Assembly (NCBI GenBank): GCA_934233745.1
Contig: CAKQGN010000001.1
Location: 322,621 to 386,620 of the forward strand
DNA length: 64,000 nt
Origin: an uncultured Clostridia bacterium
Lineage (GTDB): Bacteria > Bacillota > Clostridia > Christensenellales > CAG-917
Reading direction: 5' to 3'
The notes beneath the pieces were generated by a model. That model saw nothing but the letters and a program-made list of their open reading frames with translations, made no database searches and had not been told where the DNA came from. The position numbers and the translations under genes are program-made. Below are positions 43,097 to 52,844 of this stretch, piece after piece. How positions within the stretch are numbered: the first letter of the stretch is position 1; each line of letters starts with the position of its first letter.

Positions 43097-46081
43097 ATGA
43101 ACAACATACTCACAGAAAAAGAATATCAGCGTTTTATCATAGATAAACTCGTTTTGGAAAACGGGTACATAGAGCGGAAAAGTGTGAAGTTTGACCGTAA
43201 TTTTGCCATAGACCGAGAAGTTTTGTTCAAGTTCTTGGACGACACACAGCCCGATGCAATGGCAAATATCCGCAAAGTGTATAAGGATGCGACGGAGGAT
43301 ACTGTCGTAAACTTTATCAATGCGGAAATCATAAAATCGCGCAGTAGCCTTGTTTCGGTGCTCAAGCACGGCGTTGAAATCGCAGGATACAAGATCGATT
43401 TGATGTACACGAAGCCGGCAACCACTTTCAACAAGGAACTTCTCGACAAATACAACAAAAACATTTTTTCCGTTATGGAAGAAGTGTGGGCAAGCGATAC
43501 GGAGCGTGTTGATCTTGTCGTGTTCTTAAACGGGTTTGCGATAATGTCATTTGAGTTGAAGTGCAATCTTGCAGGGCAGAATTATCAGGATGCCATAATG
43601 CAATTTCGCATGAATAGAAGCCCAAAAACGAGATTGTTTTTCTTCAAAGCAGGGTGCATTGTCAATTTTGCCATGGACTTGCAAGAAGTGTATATGACAA
43701 CGCGTCTTGCAGGTGAAAGCACGTTCTTTTTGCCGTTCAATATGGGCAGCGGAACCGGGATCGACGCCGGCAAAGGAAACCCTATATATGCGGATAGATA
43801 CTCGGTTTTCTATATGTGGGAAGATATACTCAAAAAAGATACGGTGTTAGACCTTATCTCGGAGTTTATCTTTATCGAACGCAAGGAAAAGATCGATGAC
43901 GTCACCGGCAAGGTTGTCGCAAAGGAAAGTGTTATATTCCCAAGATATCATCAACTTGACGTAATCCGCAAGGCGATTGCCGACGTGAAGGTCAATCGCA
44001 CGTCGCAAAACTATCTTATTCAACATAGCGCAGGCTCCGGAAAAACAAATTCGATTGCGTGGCTTGCACACAGGCTTTCGTCTTTGCACGACGATGACAA
44101 TAAGATTGTTTTTGACAACATCATTATTTGCACCGACCGTGTGGTTGTGGATAGACAATTGCAAGACGCAGTGCGTGGCATAGAGCATAAGACAGGGCTT
44201 ATAAAGGTGATGGACGACAAATGCTCGTCGGCAGATCTTGCACAGGCGCTTCAAAGCAATATCAAGATTATCGGAACGACAATACAGAAGTTTCCTTATA
44301 TCGTGGATACGGTCAAAAACCTGAAAAACAAGACTTTTGCAGTAATCATCGACGAGGCGCATTCTTCCACAGCCGGCAAGGATATGGCGGCAATCACAAT
44401 GACGCTTGGCGCGGGCGAAGTTGATTTTGAAGAGGGCGTTACCGATACGCAGGATATGATTGCGGACGAGATTGCCCGAAACGGAAAGCAAAAGAACGTT
44501 TCTATGTTTGCGTTTACCGCCACGCCAAAAGCAACGACTTTGGATTTGTTCGGCAGGCTGAATTCAAAAGGACAAAAAGAGGCGTTCCATCTGTATTCTA
44601 TGAAACAAGCCATAGAAGAAGGCTTTATTTTGGACGTGCTTGCAAATTTCACCGAATACAACACTTATTATACGCTAAACAAGGAAATATCCGAAGATCC
44701 CCAATATAAAACGGCAGAGGCAAAACGAAAGATTGCGCGATTCGTCGAGTTGCACGAAACAAATATTGCGCAAAGGGTGGAAGTTATCGTTGAACACTTC
44801 CGCACAACAGTTATGCAAGAGCTTGGCGGAATGGCAAAGGCGATGGTTGTTACTGCATCACGCGCAAGTGCGGTGAAGTATCGTCAAGCATTCGAAGATT
44901 ATGTTGCAAAGAAGGGTTATGACGGAATTCATGCACTCGTGGCATTTTCCGGAAAAGTCAAACTCGACGGCGACGAAACCGAGTATACGGAAACGTTATT
45001 GAACGGTTTTTCGGAAGATAAACTGCCCAAACGATTCGATTCCGACGATTACAACGTTTTGCTTGTTGCAAACAAGTATCAAACGGGCTTTGATCAACCC
45101 AAACTTTGTGCAATGTACGTTTTGAAGAAGTTGCGCGGTGTGAATGCCGTACAAACGTTGTCGAGATTGAATCGTATCTGTCCGCCGTTTGAGAAAAAGA
45201 CGTTTATTCTCGATTTCGTCAACACTTATCAGGATATAGTAAATGCGTTTGCACCATACTATACGACAACGTTGCTTGCAAATTCCGTTACGCCAACGGC
45301 AGTGTACAATATGGAAACGAAACTTGACGGATATATGATATTCGATCCCTATGATATAGATATGGCGGCGGAAATTATCTATAAAAAGTCAATTGACGCA
45401 CGAGCAAAAAAGCAACTGCAGTTTTATTTGCAACGCGCGGAAAAGAAACTCAAAGAATTCGATATACAAAAGCAAATCGAAATTATGGCGGTCATAAGGC
45501 ACTTTCTGCGTTTTTATGAATTCCTAATACAAGCGTCGTGCTTTGAAGACGTCGAGTTGCACAAAAAGTATTTGTTCTTGACCTATTTTATCTCGTACGT
45601 CAGCATATCGCAACCCGGTGGCGGATTTGACCTTTCGGGCAAGATTAAGGCGGATAATTTCATCCAAAAGAAAGGCGAAGAACATAAAACCGTAAAAGTT
45701 ATGCCGAGTCCGCTTGTTAGATTGCCAATTGCTGATGATTTCAATCTCAACGAAGATCAGATGAAACGTTTGTCTGAGATTATTGACGAAATCAACAGCA
45801 AAACCGGCAAAACGTATGACAATGACGTTGTGATCAAATCTATGCTGCAAATCAAGGATTTGATGATGAAATCCGACAAGCTGCGCGAGAGTGCAAAAGC
45901 AAATACTGAAAGTGACTTTGCGTTTTCTTATTTCGACGGGATCGACGACGCGCTTATAGAAGGTCTCTCACAGAATCAAGATTTCTTCTCGCTTTTGCTT
46001 TCAAATGACGAAATGAAAAAAGAAGTTTTGGGCATATTCGTCAGCGAAATATATAAGAGTTTGAGGGAAGATAGAAAATAA
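43097..46081 (+). CDS. hsdR: Type I restriction enzyme, R subunit (nuclease + SF2 helicase/translocase)
   Basis: N-terminal nuclease region: VDLVVFLNGFAIMSFELK (D...ExK). Helicase motif I: IQHSAGSGKTNSIAWLA. Motif II: VIIDEAHSS. Also VANKYQTGFDQP. Confidence 0.9.
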   Translation: MNNILTEKEYQRFIIDKLVLENGYIERKSVKFDRNFAIDREVLFKFLDDTQPDAMANIRKVYKDATEDTVVNFINAEIIKSRSSLVSVLKHGVEIAGYKIDLMYTKPATTFNKELLDKYNKNIFSVMEEVWASDTERVDLVVFLNGFAIMSFELKCNLAGQNYQDAIMQFRMNRSPKTRLFFFKAGCIVNFAMDLQEVYMTTRLAGESTFFLPFNMGSGTGIDAGKGNPIYADRYSVFYMWEDILKKDTVLDLISEFIFIERKEKIDDVTGKVVAKESVIFPRYHQLDVIRKAIADVKVNRTSQNYLIQHSAGSGKTNSIAWLAHRLSSLHDDDNKIVFDNIIICTDRVVVDRQLQDAVRGIEHKTGLIKVMDDKCSSADLAQALQSNIKIIGTTIQKFPYIVDTVKNLKNKTFAVIIDEAHSSTAGKDMAAITMTLGAGEVDFEEGVTDTQDMIADEIARNGKQKNVSMFAFTATPKATTLDLFGRLNSKGQKEAFHLYSMKQAIEEGFILDVLANFTEYNTYYTLNKEISEDPQYKTAEAKRKIARFVELHETNIAQRVEVIVEHFRTTVMQELGGMAKAMVVTASRASAVKYRQAFEDYVAKKGYDGIHALVAFSGKVKLDGDETEYTETLLNGFSEDKLPKRFDSDDYNVLLVANKYQTGFDQPKLCAMYVLKKLRGVNAVQTLSRLNRICPPFEKKTFILDFVNTYQDIVNAFAPYYTTTLLANSVTPTAVYNMETKLDGYMIFDPYDIDMAAEIIYKKSIDARAKKQLQFYLQRAEKKLKEFDIQKQIEIMAVIRHFLRFYEFLIQASCFEDVELHKKYLFLTYFISYVSISQPGGGFDLSGKIKADNFIQKKGEEHKTVKVMPSPLVRLPIADDFNLNEDQMKRLSEIIDEINSKTGKTYDNDVVIKSMLQIKDLMMKSDKLRESAKANTESDFAFSYFDGIDDALIEGLSQNQDFFSLLLSNDEMKKEVLGIFVSEIYKSLREDRK

Positions 46082-46146
46082 TATAAAGTTGGATAATATT
46101 GTGTTGTTAGTCCTTGCCAAGAAATGCAGATGATTCATTTATTGTA

Positions 46147-46788
46147 ATGAAAGAATATCTAATAAAAACATTTGATAAAAAAGAATATGCAGAGCGATTT
46201 CTCAAAGATGGAGAAATGCTTTTTCGTAACGTGTCTTATTTCCGTAAAATTGAAGACGATAGAGTCAGAGGAGACATAAATGAGGGTTTCTCAAAGGAAA
46301 GAATTTATGTTAATGTTAATCCAAATCTCAATACCATCTATTTAGGAGATAAATATATTATTGATTGGAGAAAGGTAAAACAGAATGTGCCTGATTTTAG
46401 AAGAAAGTCAGGTCAAGTTTATTTTGATATTTCATACATAGCAGATATACAAATGTATTGTCTTACATATATATCTGATGATATGGATAATAAATATGAA
46501 GTCATTAGTAATTTGAAAACTTTCGGAGAATATTGTGTTGTAATTATAGACTATAAAGAATTCATAGACAGAATAAACAAAATACTCAAAATTCAATATG
46601 GCAAAGTTCACTACATAGATGGCGAAATCAAGAGTGTTTTTGAGAAAAAATCTATTTATAAGCCACAGAGCGAATTCAGAATAATAACTGAATGCAGTGA
46701 ACAATACTTATTAAAACGAATAGGCGCAATAAGAGGATTTATGTCAAAAACAAATGACACACAAAAGATGTTAGAATATTTATTCTAA
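46147..46788 (+). CDS. Hypothetical protein (AT-rich)
   Basis: The track ORF begins at TTG 46114. ATG 46147 (MKEYLIKTFDKKEY...) is more likely, though no strong RBS is visible. No motif recognised. Confidence 0.45.
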   Translation: MKEYLIKTFDKKEYAERFLKDGEMLFRNVSYFRKIEDDRVRGDINEGFSKERIYVNVNPNLNTIYLGDKYIIDWRKVKQNVPDFRRKSGQVYFDISYIADIQMYCLTYISDDMDNKYEVISNLKTFGEYCVVIIDYKEFIDRINKILKIQYGKVHYIDGEIKSVFEKKSIYKPQSEFRIITECSEQYLLKRIGAIRGFMSKTNDTQKMLEYLF

Positions 46789-46852
46789 ATCAATCAGTTC
46801 CGTCTTTTTATTAATACAAATTTCACGCTATAAAAAGTTAAGGAGAATAAAA

Positions 46853-47731
46853 ATGGCAATAGATATAACAATCCACATTTTGCTTGGTATTATGATAATA
46901 CTTATGTATTTTGAGTTGGCGTATTACATGGAGCGAGAATTATTAATTCAAAAAATACTTCATAAATGTAAAAAAGTGATTGATTTTTCAATAGTTATTT
47001 TAATTTCAATAATAGGAATATTGGGGTGTTTTATTGAAAAAACAAGTATTGCAATCGCATATTTATTGGTTTATCTTTCGGTATATTCATTATTAAAAGA
47101 AGTGTACGATGTCACTGTTACAAGAAGACAGAATAATGCGCTTTTATCAAAATTACAAACATATGTTGAAAAGGAAATCGCATTTTTAGATATTTTTAGA
47201 CTTGTTCAAACAGAGTACTCAAAAGGGACTTCTTCAACATGGTGGGTTTCAACATCTAAAGATAGAACAAAACTAGTTTTCTCTTTCAAAAATATGAAGT
47301 ACACATATAAATTAAAAGACGATTTCTACAAAGACAACGTTGCTTTTATAGTAAAACAACTATATGAAAATATTGGAGATATAAAAACCAAAGAAGACAT
47401 AGAAAATATGTCATTTTTTACAATTACTGACAATAGAATTGTAAATGATTTTTATAATGATTTGTATATCCATAAAACTAATACCCCATCTCCTATAAAG
47501 CCAGTATTCTATAATAAAACTGTTTTTAATTTATATATGATTTCAGGATTCATTGTTGGATTGAGTGTAATAAACCTAATTTTTAAATGGCAAGATATTA
47601 ACACAGTTGAAAAGGTGTTTTGGTTTATTTTTGGAATTTTCTTTCTTTTGTCTTTTTTGTGTGGCACAATTCTTTTTACACTTAGCAGTATATGTGATAT
47701 ATCTGTATGGAATAATTATAAAAAATCTTGA
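46853..47731 (+). CDS. Hypothetical polytopic membrane protein
   Basis: RBS AAGGAG. Three N-terminal and two C-terminal hydrophobic helices (ITIHILLGIMIILMYF..., FSIVILISIIGILGCFI, IAIAYLLVYLSVY..., MISGFIVGLSVINLIF, VFWFIFGIFFLLSFLCGTILFTL) flank a soluble central region. Confidence 0.6.
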   Translation: MAIDITIHILLGIMIILMYFELAYYMERELLIQKILHKCKKVIDFSIVILISIIGILGCFIEKTSIAIAYLLVYLSVYSLLKEVYDVTVTRRQNNALLSKLQTYVEKEIAFLDIFRLVQTEYSKGTSSTWWVSTSKDRTKLVFSFKNMKYTYKLKDDFYKDNVAFIVKQLYENIGDIKTKEDIENMSFFTITDNRIVNDFYNDLYIHKTNTPSPIKPVFYNKTVFNLYMISGFIVGLSVINLIFKWQDINTVEKVFWFIFGIFFLLSFLCGTILFTLSSICDISVWNNYKKS

Positions 47732-47789
47732 CAAAGTTTACAATATGGTTTACGATTATTACAAACTAGGTTTACAATATGGTTTACGA
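47728..47789 (+). promoter_or_regulatory. Promoter (TTGACA-17 nt-TACGAT) overlapped by two 20-bp direct repeats GTTTACAATATGGTTTACGA (candidate operator)
   Basis: TTGACA at 47728-47733 and TACGAT at 47751-47756. Perfect repeats at 47736-47755 and 47770-47789, immediately upstream of the RBS AAGGAG and ATG 47803. Confidence 0.5.
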
Positions 47790-47802
47790 CAAGGAGCGAT
47801 AT

Positions 47803-49050
47803 ATGAACGAAAAATTTGATTTAATGTTGTTTGGTCCAATGTATTATGACACGAAAGATTTGCGCTATAATAATGTTTATAAATTCTTTCTGTCAAATCA
47901 GCAACTCATAGAGTATAAGCAATATAAAAAGCAGCTTATTCAAAATCACGATAAAAAAATTGTGGTTGTAGATTTAAAACCATTCAACTCAGATTATATT
48001 TTCTTTGTCGAAGGGTTATGTTTGCTTAATTTGCAAACCACATACTTGCGAATTCTGAAAGATGACTTTCAAAACTTTCAATCAACCGTCGTTGAAAGAA
48101 ACCTTGGAGATATTTTGTGGGCGAGAGTATATTCTGAACTTGAAGGAAGTATGGAACTAGAAAATGTCCCAACCACACGTACGAGATTAGAACAAATAAA
48201 AAAAGGTTCTATGCCTAAAAATAAAAATGAAATCATTGCGAAAAACATGCTTGATGCGATAGAATTCATTTTGTCAAAACCAAAGTTTAACAAGGAAAAC
48301 CTATACTCGCTTTATAGTATTTTGAGCCATGATTGTTTGGAAGACCAACAAAAACTAAATGGTAATTATTACAGAAACGACAGCGTATATATTGGCAACT
48401 ATGAAGGCTGTCCATTTGAAAAAATCGATGACTGCATGAATAGCCTTTTCGATTTTGTCAATGCAAACTTAAGCGAAAAAAGCTACGTTAGTGAGAGCCT
48501 ATCTCATATTTGCCATTACTACGTGTTATATATACACCCGTACTTTGACTATAACGGAAGAACAGCGAGAATGGTTTCTCTTTGGATAAGCGTTTTGCAA
48601 AATGACTTCTCAACTGCGCCGCTTTTCATTAGTGAGGCAATTAATGACGATAAAAAACGTTATTACGATGCATTGAGCGAAACGAGAGATATGGAAAACG
48701 ATATGACATATTTTTTGATTTACATTATGAATACGTCTATTAGGTATTCCCTACTTTATAAGAATCTAAATTATATAAGCGACGAGATGTTAAAAAAGGG
48801 CATCACATTGACAAATTATGAAAAAGCTTATATTAAGAAGATTTTGCTCGGTGCGGAAGAAGGATATTTCGATTATAAAAAATTCCTAACTATCGCAAAT
48901 ATCGACATATCAAAGCAAGCAGCATTAAAAGCGTTGAATAAACTTGTAGAATATGGAATTTTATCAAGCATAATAAATGACAAAAGAGTAAAACTGTTCA
49001 AGCTGAACAATGAATTTGTCAAATATCGTTGTGTAAAAGATGTTAAATAG
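47803..49050 (+). CDS. Fic/DOC-family protein (AMPylase-type motif) with C-terminal wHTH-like domain
   Basis: Fic motif HPYFDYNGRTARMV matches HxFx(D/E)xNGRxxR. I prefer ATG 47803 (RBS AAGGAG at 47791-47796) to the track start 47779, which lies inside the repeat operator. Confidence 0.85.
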   Translation: MNEKFDLMLFGPMYYDTKDLRYNNVYKFFLSNQQLIEYKQYKKQLIQNHDKKIVVVDLKPFNSDYIFFVEGLCLLNLQTTYLRILKDDFQNFQSTVVERNLGDILWARVYSELEGSMELENVPTTRTRLEQIKKGSMPKNKNEIIAKNMLDAIEFILSKPKFNKENLYSLYSILSHDCLEDQQKLNGNYYRNDSVYIGNYEGCPFEKIDDCMNSLFDFVNANLSEKSYVSESLSHICHYYVLYIHPYFDYNGRTARMVSLWISVLQNDFSTAPLFISEAINDDKKRYYDALSETRDMENDMTYFLIYIMNTSIRYSLLYKNLNYISDEMLKKGITLTNYEKAYIKKILLGAEEGYFDYKKFLTIANIDISKQAALKALNKLVEYGILSSIINDKRVKLFKLNNEFVKYRCVKDVK

Positions 49051-49248
49051 TGTTTGCCAATTAAATGGGTTCTTGTCTTGAACAAGTCGGCTCGCTTCAA
49101 CTTTCAAAGGCATGTATGCGAAGGACAAATTAAACTCGAAAAGGCAATATCTTTTTGAAAATCACAACACAAATGTTTTGTAACCATCATACATTTTCGC
49201 ACGCTAGAAATGACTTGTTCCTATCTATATTTTCTCAATTTGCCTGTT

Positions 49249-49312
49249 AGACGTGCCGTAGTCTTTAATACAAGTGCGCACGCGTACGCGCGCGCAAGAC
49301 TACGGCACGTCT
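49249..49312. repeat. Perfect 17-bp inverted repeat (hairpin/cruciform) with 30-nt GC-alternating loop
   Basis: AGACGTGCCGTAGTCTT (49249-49265) pairs with AAGACTACGGCACGTCT (49296-49312). The loop contains GCGCACGCGTACGCGCGCGC. Confidence 0.85.
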
Positions 49313-49661
49313 TTGCATAAAAACAAACCCAATTCCGCAAAAGGCGGCACGGAGCGGAGCGAGGTTTCGCGCTAACCCGCTTGGCGAAAACACTCGCTTA
49401 TCCGCCATGCCGTTGCCGTCGCTTTTTCTTGCGGTTTCCTTGGGTATTTTGTATATTGCAAAATCTCGTTTGCCGTTTCGTTCTTTTGTGTTGCGTAGGC
49501 GTTGCACTATTGTTCCGCAATCATATTTTTATTATCAAAATTGCGTTCAAATCACGTTCCGTTATCGTTCAAAAATGTCCAAATCACGCACATTGATGTT
49601 CTTGTTTGTCCATTCGGTCTCGTTTACGATGTGTATTGTTCACAACACGAAAAAGTGTAGC

Positions 49662-49726
49662 GAGTATGGATAAGTCTTGATAGAGTACGGGCAAGTCTTG
49701 GTAAAGTACGGTTGAGTATTGAAATT
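49662..49726 (+). repeat. Three ~21-22-bp iterons (GAGTA(T/C)-N5-AAGTCTTG-like) next to the R terminus
   Basis: The three units are GAGTATGGATAAGTCTTGATA, GAGTACGGGCAAGTCTTGGTAAA and GTACGGTTGAGTATTGAAATT. The equivalent inverted units are at ~25049-25106. Confidence 0.7.
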
Positions 49727-49786
49727 GGGCGGCATTGTTTAGGAAGATGACCGGTTTAGTCAGTGTACAACGCCAATTCAACCGTG

Positions 49787-50215
49787 AACGCACTTTTGAA
49801 AGAGAAAACGAAGATAGACAAACAGCTCGAAAACATCGCCAACGCCATACAAAACGGAATTGTGTCGAAAACAACCGCAAAACGATTGCAAGACCTTGAA
49901 GAACAACAAGAGAAACTTGAGCGAGAAATACTGATAGAACAAAGCAAACAGGCAACGCCGCTGACAAGAGCGCAGATAAAAGAGTTTTATTCGGATGCGC
50001 TCGGAATGGAACCGCGAATGCTTATTGAGTATCTTGTCAAAGAAGTGATAATGTACGATGATAAAATACAAATAATATTCAAATCTTCGATAAACACCGT
50101 CCCCGACGAAGATCGGGGATTTTTATTTTATGAGGGCATAAAACAACCAAAAACAATAATTTCAAGACGATGGTCTACAAAGCGCAAGATAATTGTTGAT
50201 ATAAGGGTGGAATAG
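49787..50215 (+). pseudogene. C-terminal remnant of a large serine recombinase gene
   Basis: ...NALLKEKTKIDKQLENIANAIQNGIVSKTTAKRLQDLEEQQEKLEREI...LIEYLVKEVIMYDDKIQIIFKS matches the coiled-coil and C-terminal tail of Firmicutes large serine recombinases. There are no resolvase or recombinase domains upstream, only the non-coding R module. The ATG at 49763 in the track is probably fortuitous. Confidence 0.7.
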
Positions 50216-50468
50216 CGCAAGACACCTCAAAAAAGACAAAAAAATAATAACCTAACTTGGAAATTCAAGCTAGGTTATTCGTGGTGAGCAAAATAATGCA
50301 TCAATTGATTTGAATCTCTATTCTCATTTTTTGCAGCAGTTCGCAAAAATTGTCAAATCTAAAAATTGCGAAACGAAACAAATCAAAAAAATTAGTTTGA
50401 ATAAACTTAAAAAAGTGGTTGCGCTCAAATTATGTGCGCAACCAAAATGTATGATATCTTGCCTAATT

Positions 50469-51573
50469 GCTCCGAGTTTTTGTTACCTTTCGGCGTGGCG
50501 GTTTAGCACAGAGAAAAGCCTATATCAACGACATAAAAATCTTGTTATATTGCTATCAAAAATTGTTTCAAATTTAATGCGTATTTTAACCGATTTTTTA
50601 AGCGTTGGCGATTAGACGTGCCGTAGTCTTGATACAAGTGTGACGATTAGACGTGCCGTAGTCTTTGATACAAGTGCGCACGCGCGTGCGCGAGAGATTA
50701 ATTATGCGCACTGATATGTGTTTTATACAAAATTCAAGTAAAGGCTCTTACACAACATTTTTATGCTGGTCGTTGACATAGGCATCTTGCGATTTGAACC
50801 AATACGTTTTTGAGTTTTCTCGGTGCTGCGCCGTCTTGTTGCCGAAAGGCAAATAAAACTCGGAGCATATCAATATGAAATCGCAAATCAATCTTCAAAA
50901 TCAAAATGCAATTAGTATTTATGATAGCAATCAAGCACAAATCAAAATCGTTGCGAAAAGACAATACATATTGGGCGATGACGTTGTTATTACCGTCGAC
51001 AATATCAAGAAAATCGGCGAATTGATAGCGTTGCTTACTATAAGAACCGTTATGTGTCGTTCGGGCAAGGACTTATATCGTCTTTATGACGGGCTTATCC
51101 AGGATTGCAACAAATCGAATGATTCTCTTGACGAATACTCGGATGGATATGACATAGCTCAAACCGCAATGTTGTTCCTTTGTGAACACATTGGCAAAAG
51201 ACTTGGCGACAATTATACGACCGCACATGGAAACATTATCTCGATCAAGCAAGCGTGCTTTCGTTTTACGGATAGATATTTGGACAAACAGTTCACACGC
51301 CATTTGGCGCACACAACCGCCATAAGCGACAGCGTTGCATCATCGCACATAACTTTTATCGACGATGAATCCGACAACGATTATACCACCATTGACGCGC
51401 TCATAGAAAGAATGAATTTAACGCAAGGCGAGTATGACGTTCTCTGCGCCTATATGTCGGGATTGACCTATCTCGAAGTAACACAACTTTTGAAAGTCAA
51501 CCGCACAACCATATGGCGCAGAAAGATGAATTTGCAAAAAAAATATTTACTATCAACAAATGTCTATAAATAA
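50469..51573 (+). repeat. L scaffold module, intact copy (leader + sigma-r4-type HTH gene)
   Basis: Homologous to 37290-37900 (see that entry). Carries the tandem DR units at 50612-50640 and 50647-50684. Confidence 0.8.
50875..51573 (+). CDS. Sigma-70 region-4-type HTH protein (ICE regulatory, Tn916 Orf7-like class)
   Basis: The C-terminus LTQGEYDVLCAYMSGLTYLEVTQLLKVNRTTIWRRKMNLQKKY is a sigma-r4/LuxR-type HTH. The gene sits behind a conserved leader. Confidence 0.55.
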   Translation: MKSQINLQNQNAISIYDSNQAQIKIVAKRQYILGDDVVITVDNIKKIGELIALLTIRTVMCRSGKDLYRLYDGLIQDCNKSNDSLDEYSDGYDIAQTAMLFLCEHIGKRLGDNYTTAHGNIISIKQACFRFTDRYLDKQFTRHLAHTTAISDSVASSHITFIDDESDNDYTTIDALIERMNLTQGEYDVLCAYMSGLTYLEVTQLLKVNRTTIWRRKMNLQKKYLLSTNVYK

Positions 51574-51696
51574 ATGCATTGAAAAAAACAATTGCAATTA
51601 TGACATCTTCATATTGATTTGATATTATGCTGTGTTATAATTTATCAGTAGCTTCGAAATAGGCAATTTTATTGAGCGATGTAGATGGAGGAAAGT

Positions 51697-52587
51697 ATGA
51701 TATTTTCAAAACGATATAAAGACCTGTTAGTTAATGGCGATGACGTCCCCAATACTTTAAATTTTATTGGAGATATTGACTATTTCGCAAGGAAAGGGAT
51801 TGTTAGTGTTTTGAAGTCTTTTAATGAACCCAAAAAAGTAAAGATAAGCAGATATAGTAACGAAACCAGCGATAATGATGCATTTACATTAGCCTTAATG
51901 AAATTAAATCAAGAACTAGGCTATGATTTGTTCAACTTTAATGCGTTGTCATGTAATTACGGGACATCAATGGTTGATGAACAGTTGATGGGCGGAAACC
52001 TAAACTATCTTTTTGACGTGATTGAATTACAACATGACTTTTTATCCTCCAAGGAAAAATGTGAATTTACAAAGAATATCAATTCAGTTTTAAACGAATG
52101 CGAAATTCCATGGATGTTGGTTGATGGCAAAATGACAAAAGTAGATGCCAAACAGTTTGAATGTGATATAAAAAGAAAAACACTTGAAAAAATGAAAGAA
52201 TTATCAGATTGTGATTCAAAGTTTAAGCCCGCTTTTGAAGAGCTGCAAAAAGCTATAGAATTTTACAACAAAGAAGATTATTCGGAATCGATAACGAATG
52301 CGAACAAATGTTATGAAAGTGTGATGAAAGTCATTATGGGCACAAATGACGGAAATGCAGGTGAATTAACAAACAATATCAAGAACAAATTAGAATTGCC
52401 ATCAGCTATTAACAAAAATGGCTTTAAAGATCGCATACTTATGAGTTTGCCGTATCTACGCAACGAATTATCTTCACACGGTGCAGGAAGTGAAAAAAAC
52501 ACAATATCAAAGTCTTTGGCAAATCTTGCACTTAATTTAGCTGCATCGCTTTGCACATTTGTAATTGAAGATTTGCAACATAAGTAA
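51697..52587 (+). CDS. AbiJ-like / HEPN-motif protein
   Basis: ATG 51697 follows RBS GGAGGA. The C-terminal helical domain has LPYLRNELSSHGAGS, an Rx5H HEPN-type motif with Asn after the Arg. Confidence 0.45.
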   Translation: MIFSKRYKDLLVNGDDVPNTLNFIGDIDYFARKGIVSVLKSFNEPKKVKISRYSNETSDNDAFTLALMKLNQELGYDLFNFNALSCNYGTSMVDEQLMGGNLNYLFDVIELQHDFLSSKEKCEFTKNINSVLNECEIPWMLVDGKMTKVDAKQFECDIKRKTLEKMKELSDCDSKFKPAFEELQKAIEFYNKEDYSESITNANKCYESVMKVIMGTNDGNAGELTNNIKNKLELPSAINKNGFKDRILMSLPYLRNELSSHGAGSEKNTISKSLANLALNLAASLCTFVIEDLQHK

Positions 52588-52844
52588 TTTCTGTTTGTAC
52601 AAAACGAATTCACATGGCTTTAACTAAAACAACCCGACGTTATGTAGGGCTGTTCTTATATTATTTTAGCACTAAAAACTGATATGAATGCATCGGGGAT
52701 TATAAATTGTTTTTCTCCGATAGCATATTTGACGCGAATATGTATTTTGACGTTATCCATCCAAATTATAGTGCCATCGCCAAATTTTTATGTGTTACGA
52801 CGGTTCCGATGTTTCTAAGCGAGAACGCAATGGGTAGGAGTTAA

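Larger units (their letters stand above)
49238..49786 (+). repeat. R scaffold module, copy A (non-coding element terminus)
   Basis: 49238-49637 is near-identical to 63601-64000. Differences are scattered substitutions and 1-nt indels, e.g. GGCGAAAACACTCGC versus GGCGAAATCCTCGC. The reverse complement of 24984-25215 matches 49560-49786. Confidence 0.85.

Noticed and set aside
49265-49967. ORFs within R copy A (49265..49507-, 49381..49596+, 49407..49673+, 49584..49967-) and the equivalent 63521..63823(-)
   Set aside because: The two R copies differ by 1-nt indels (for example GGCGAAAACACTCGC versus GGCGAAATCCTCGC) that would frameshift these ORFs. Conservation is at the DNA level, so I treat R as non-coding.
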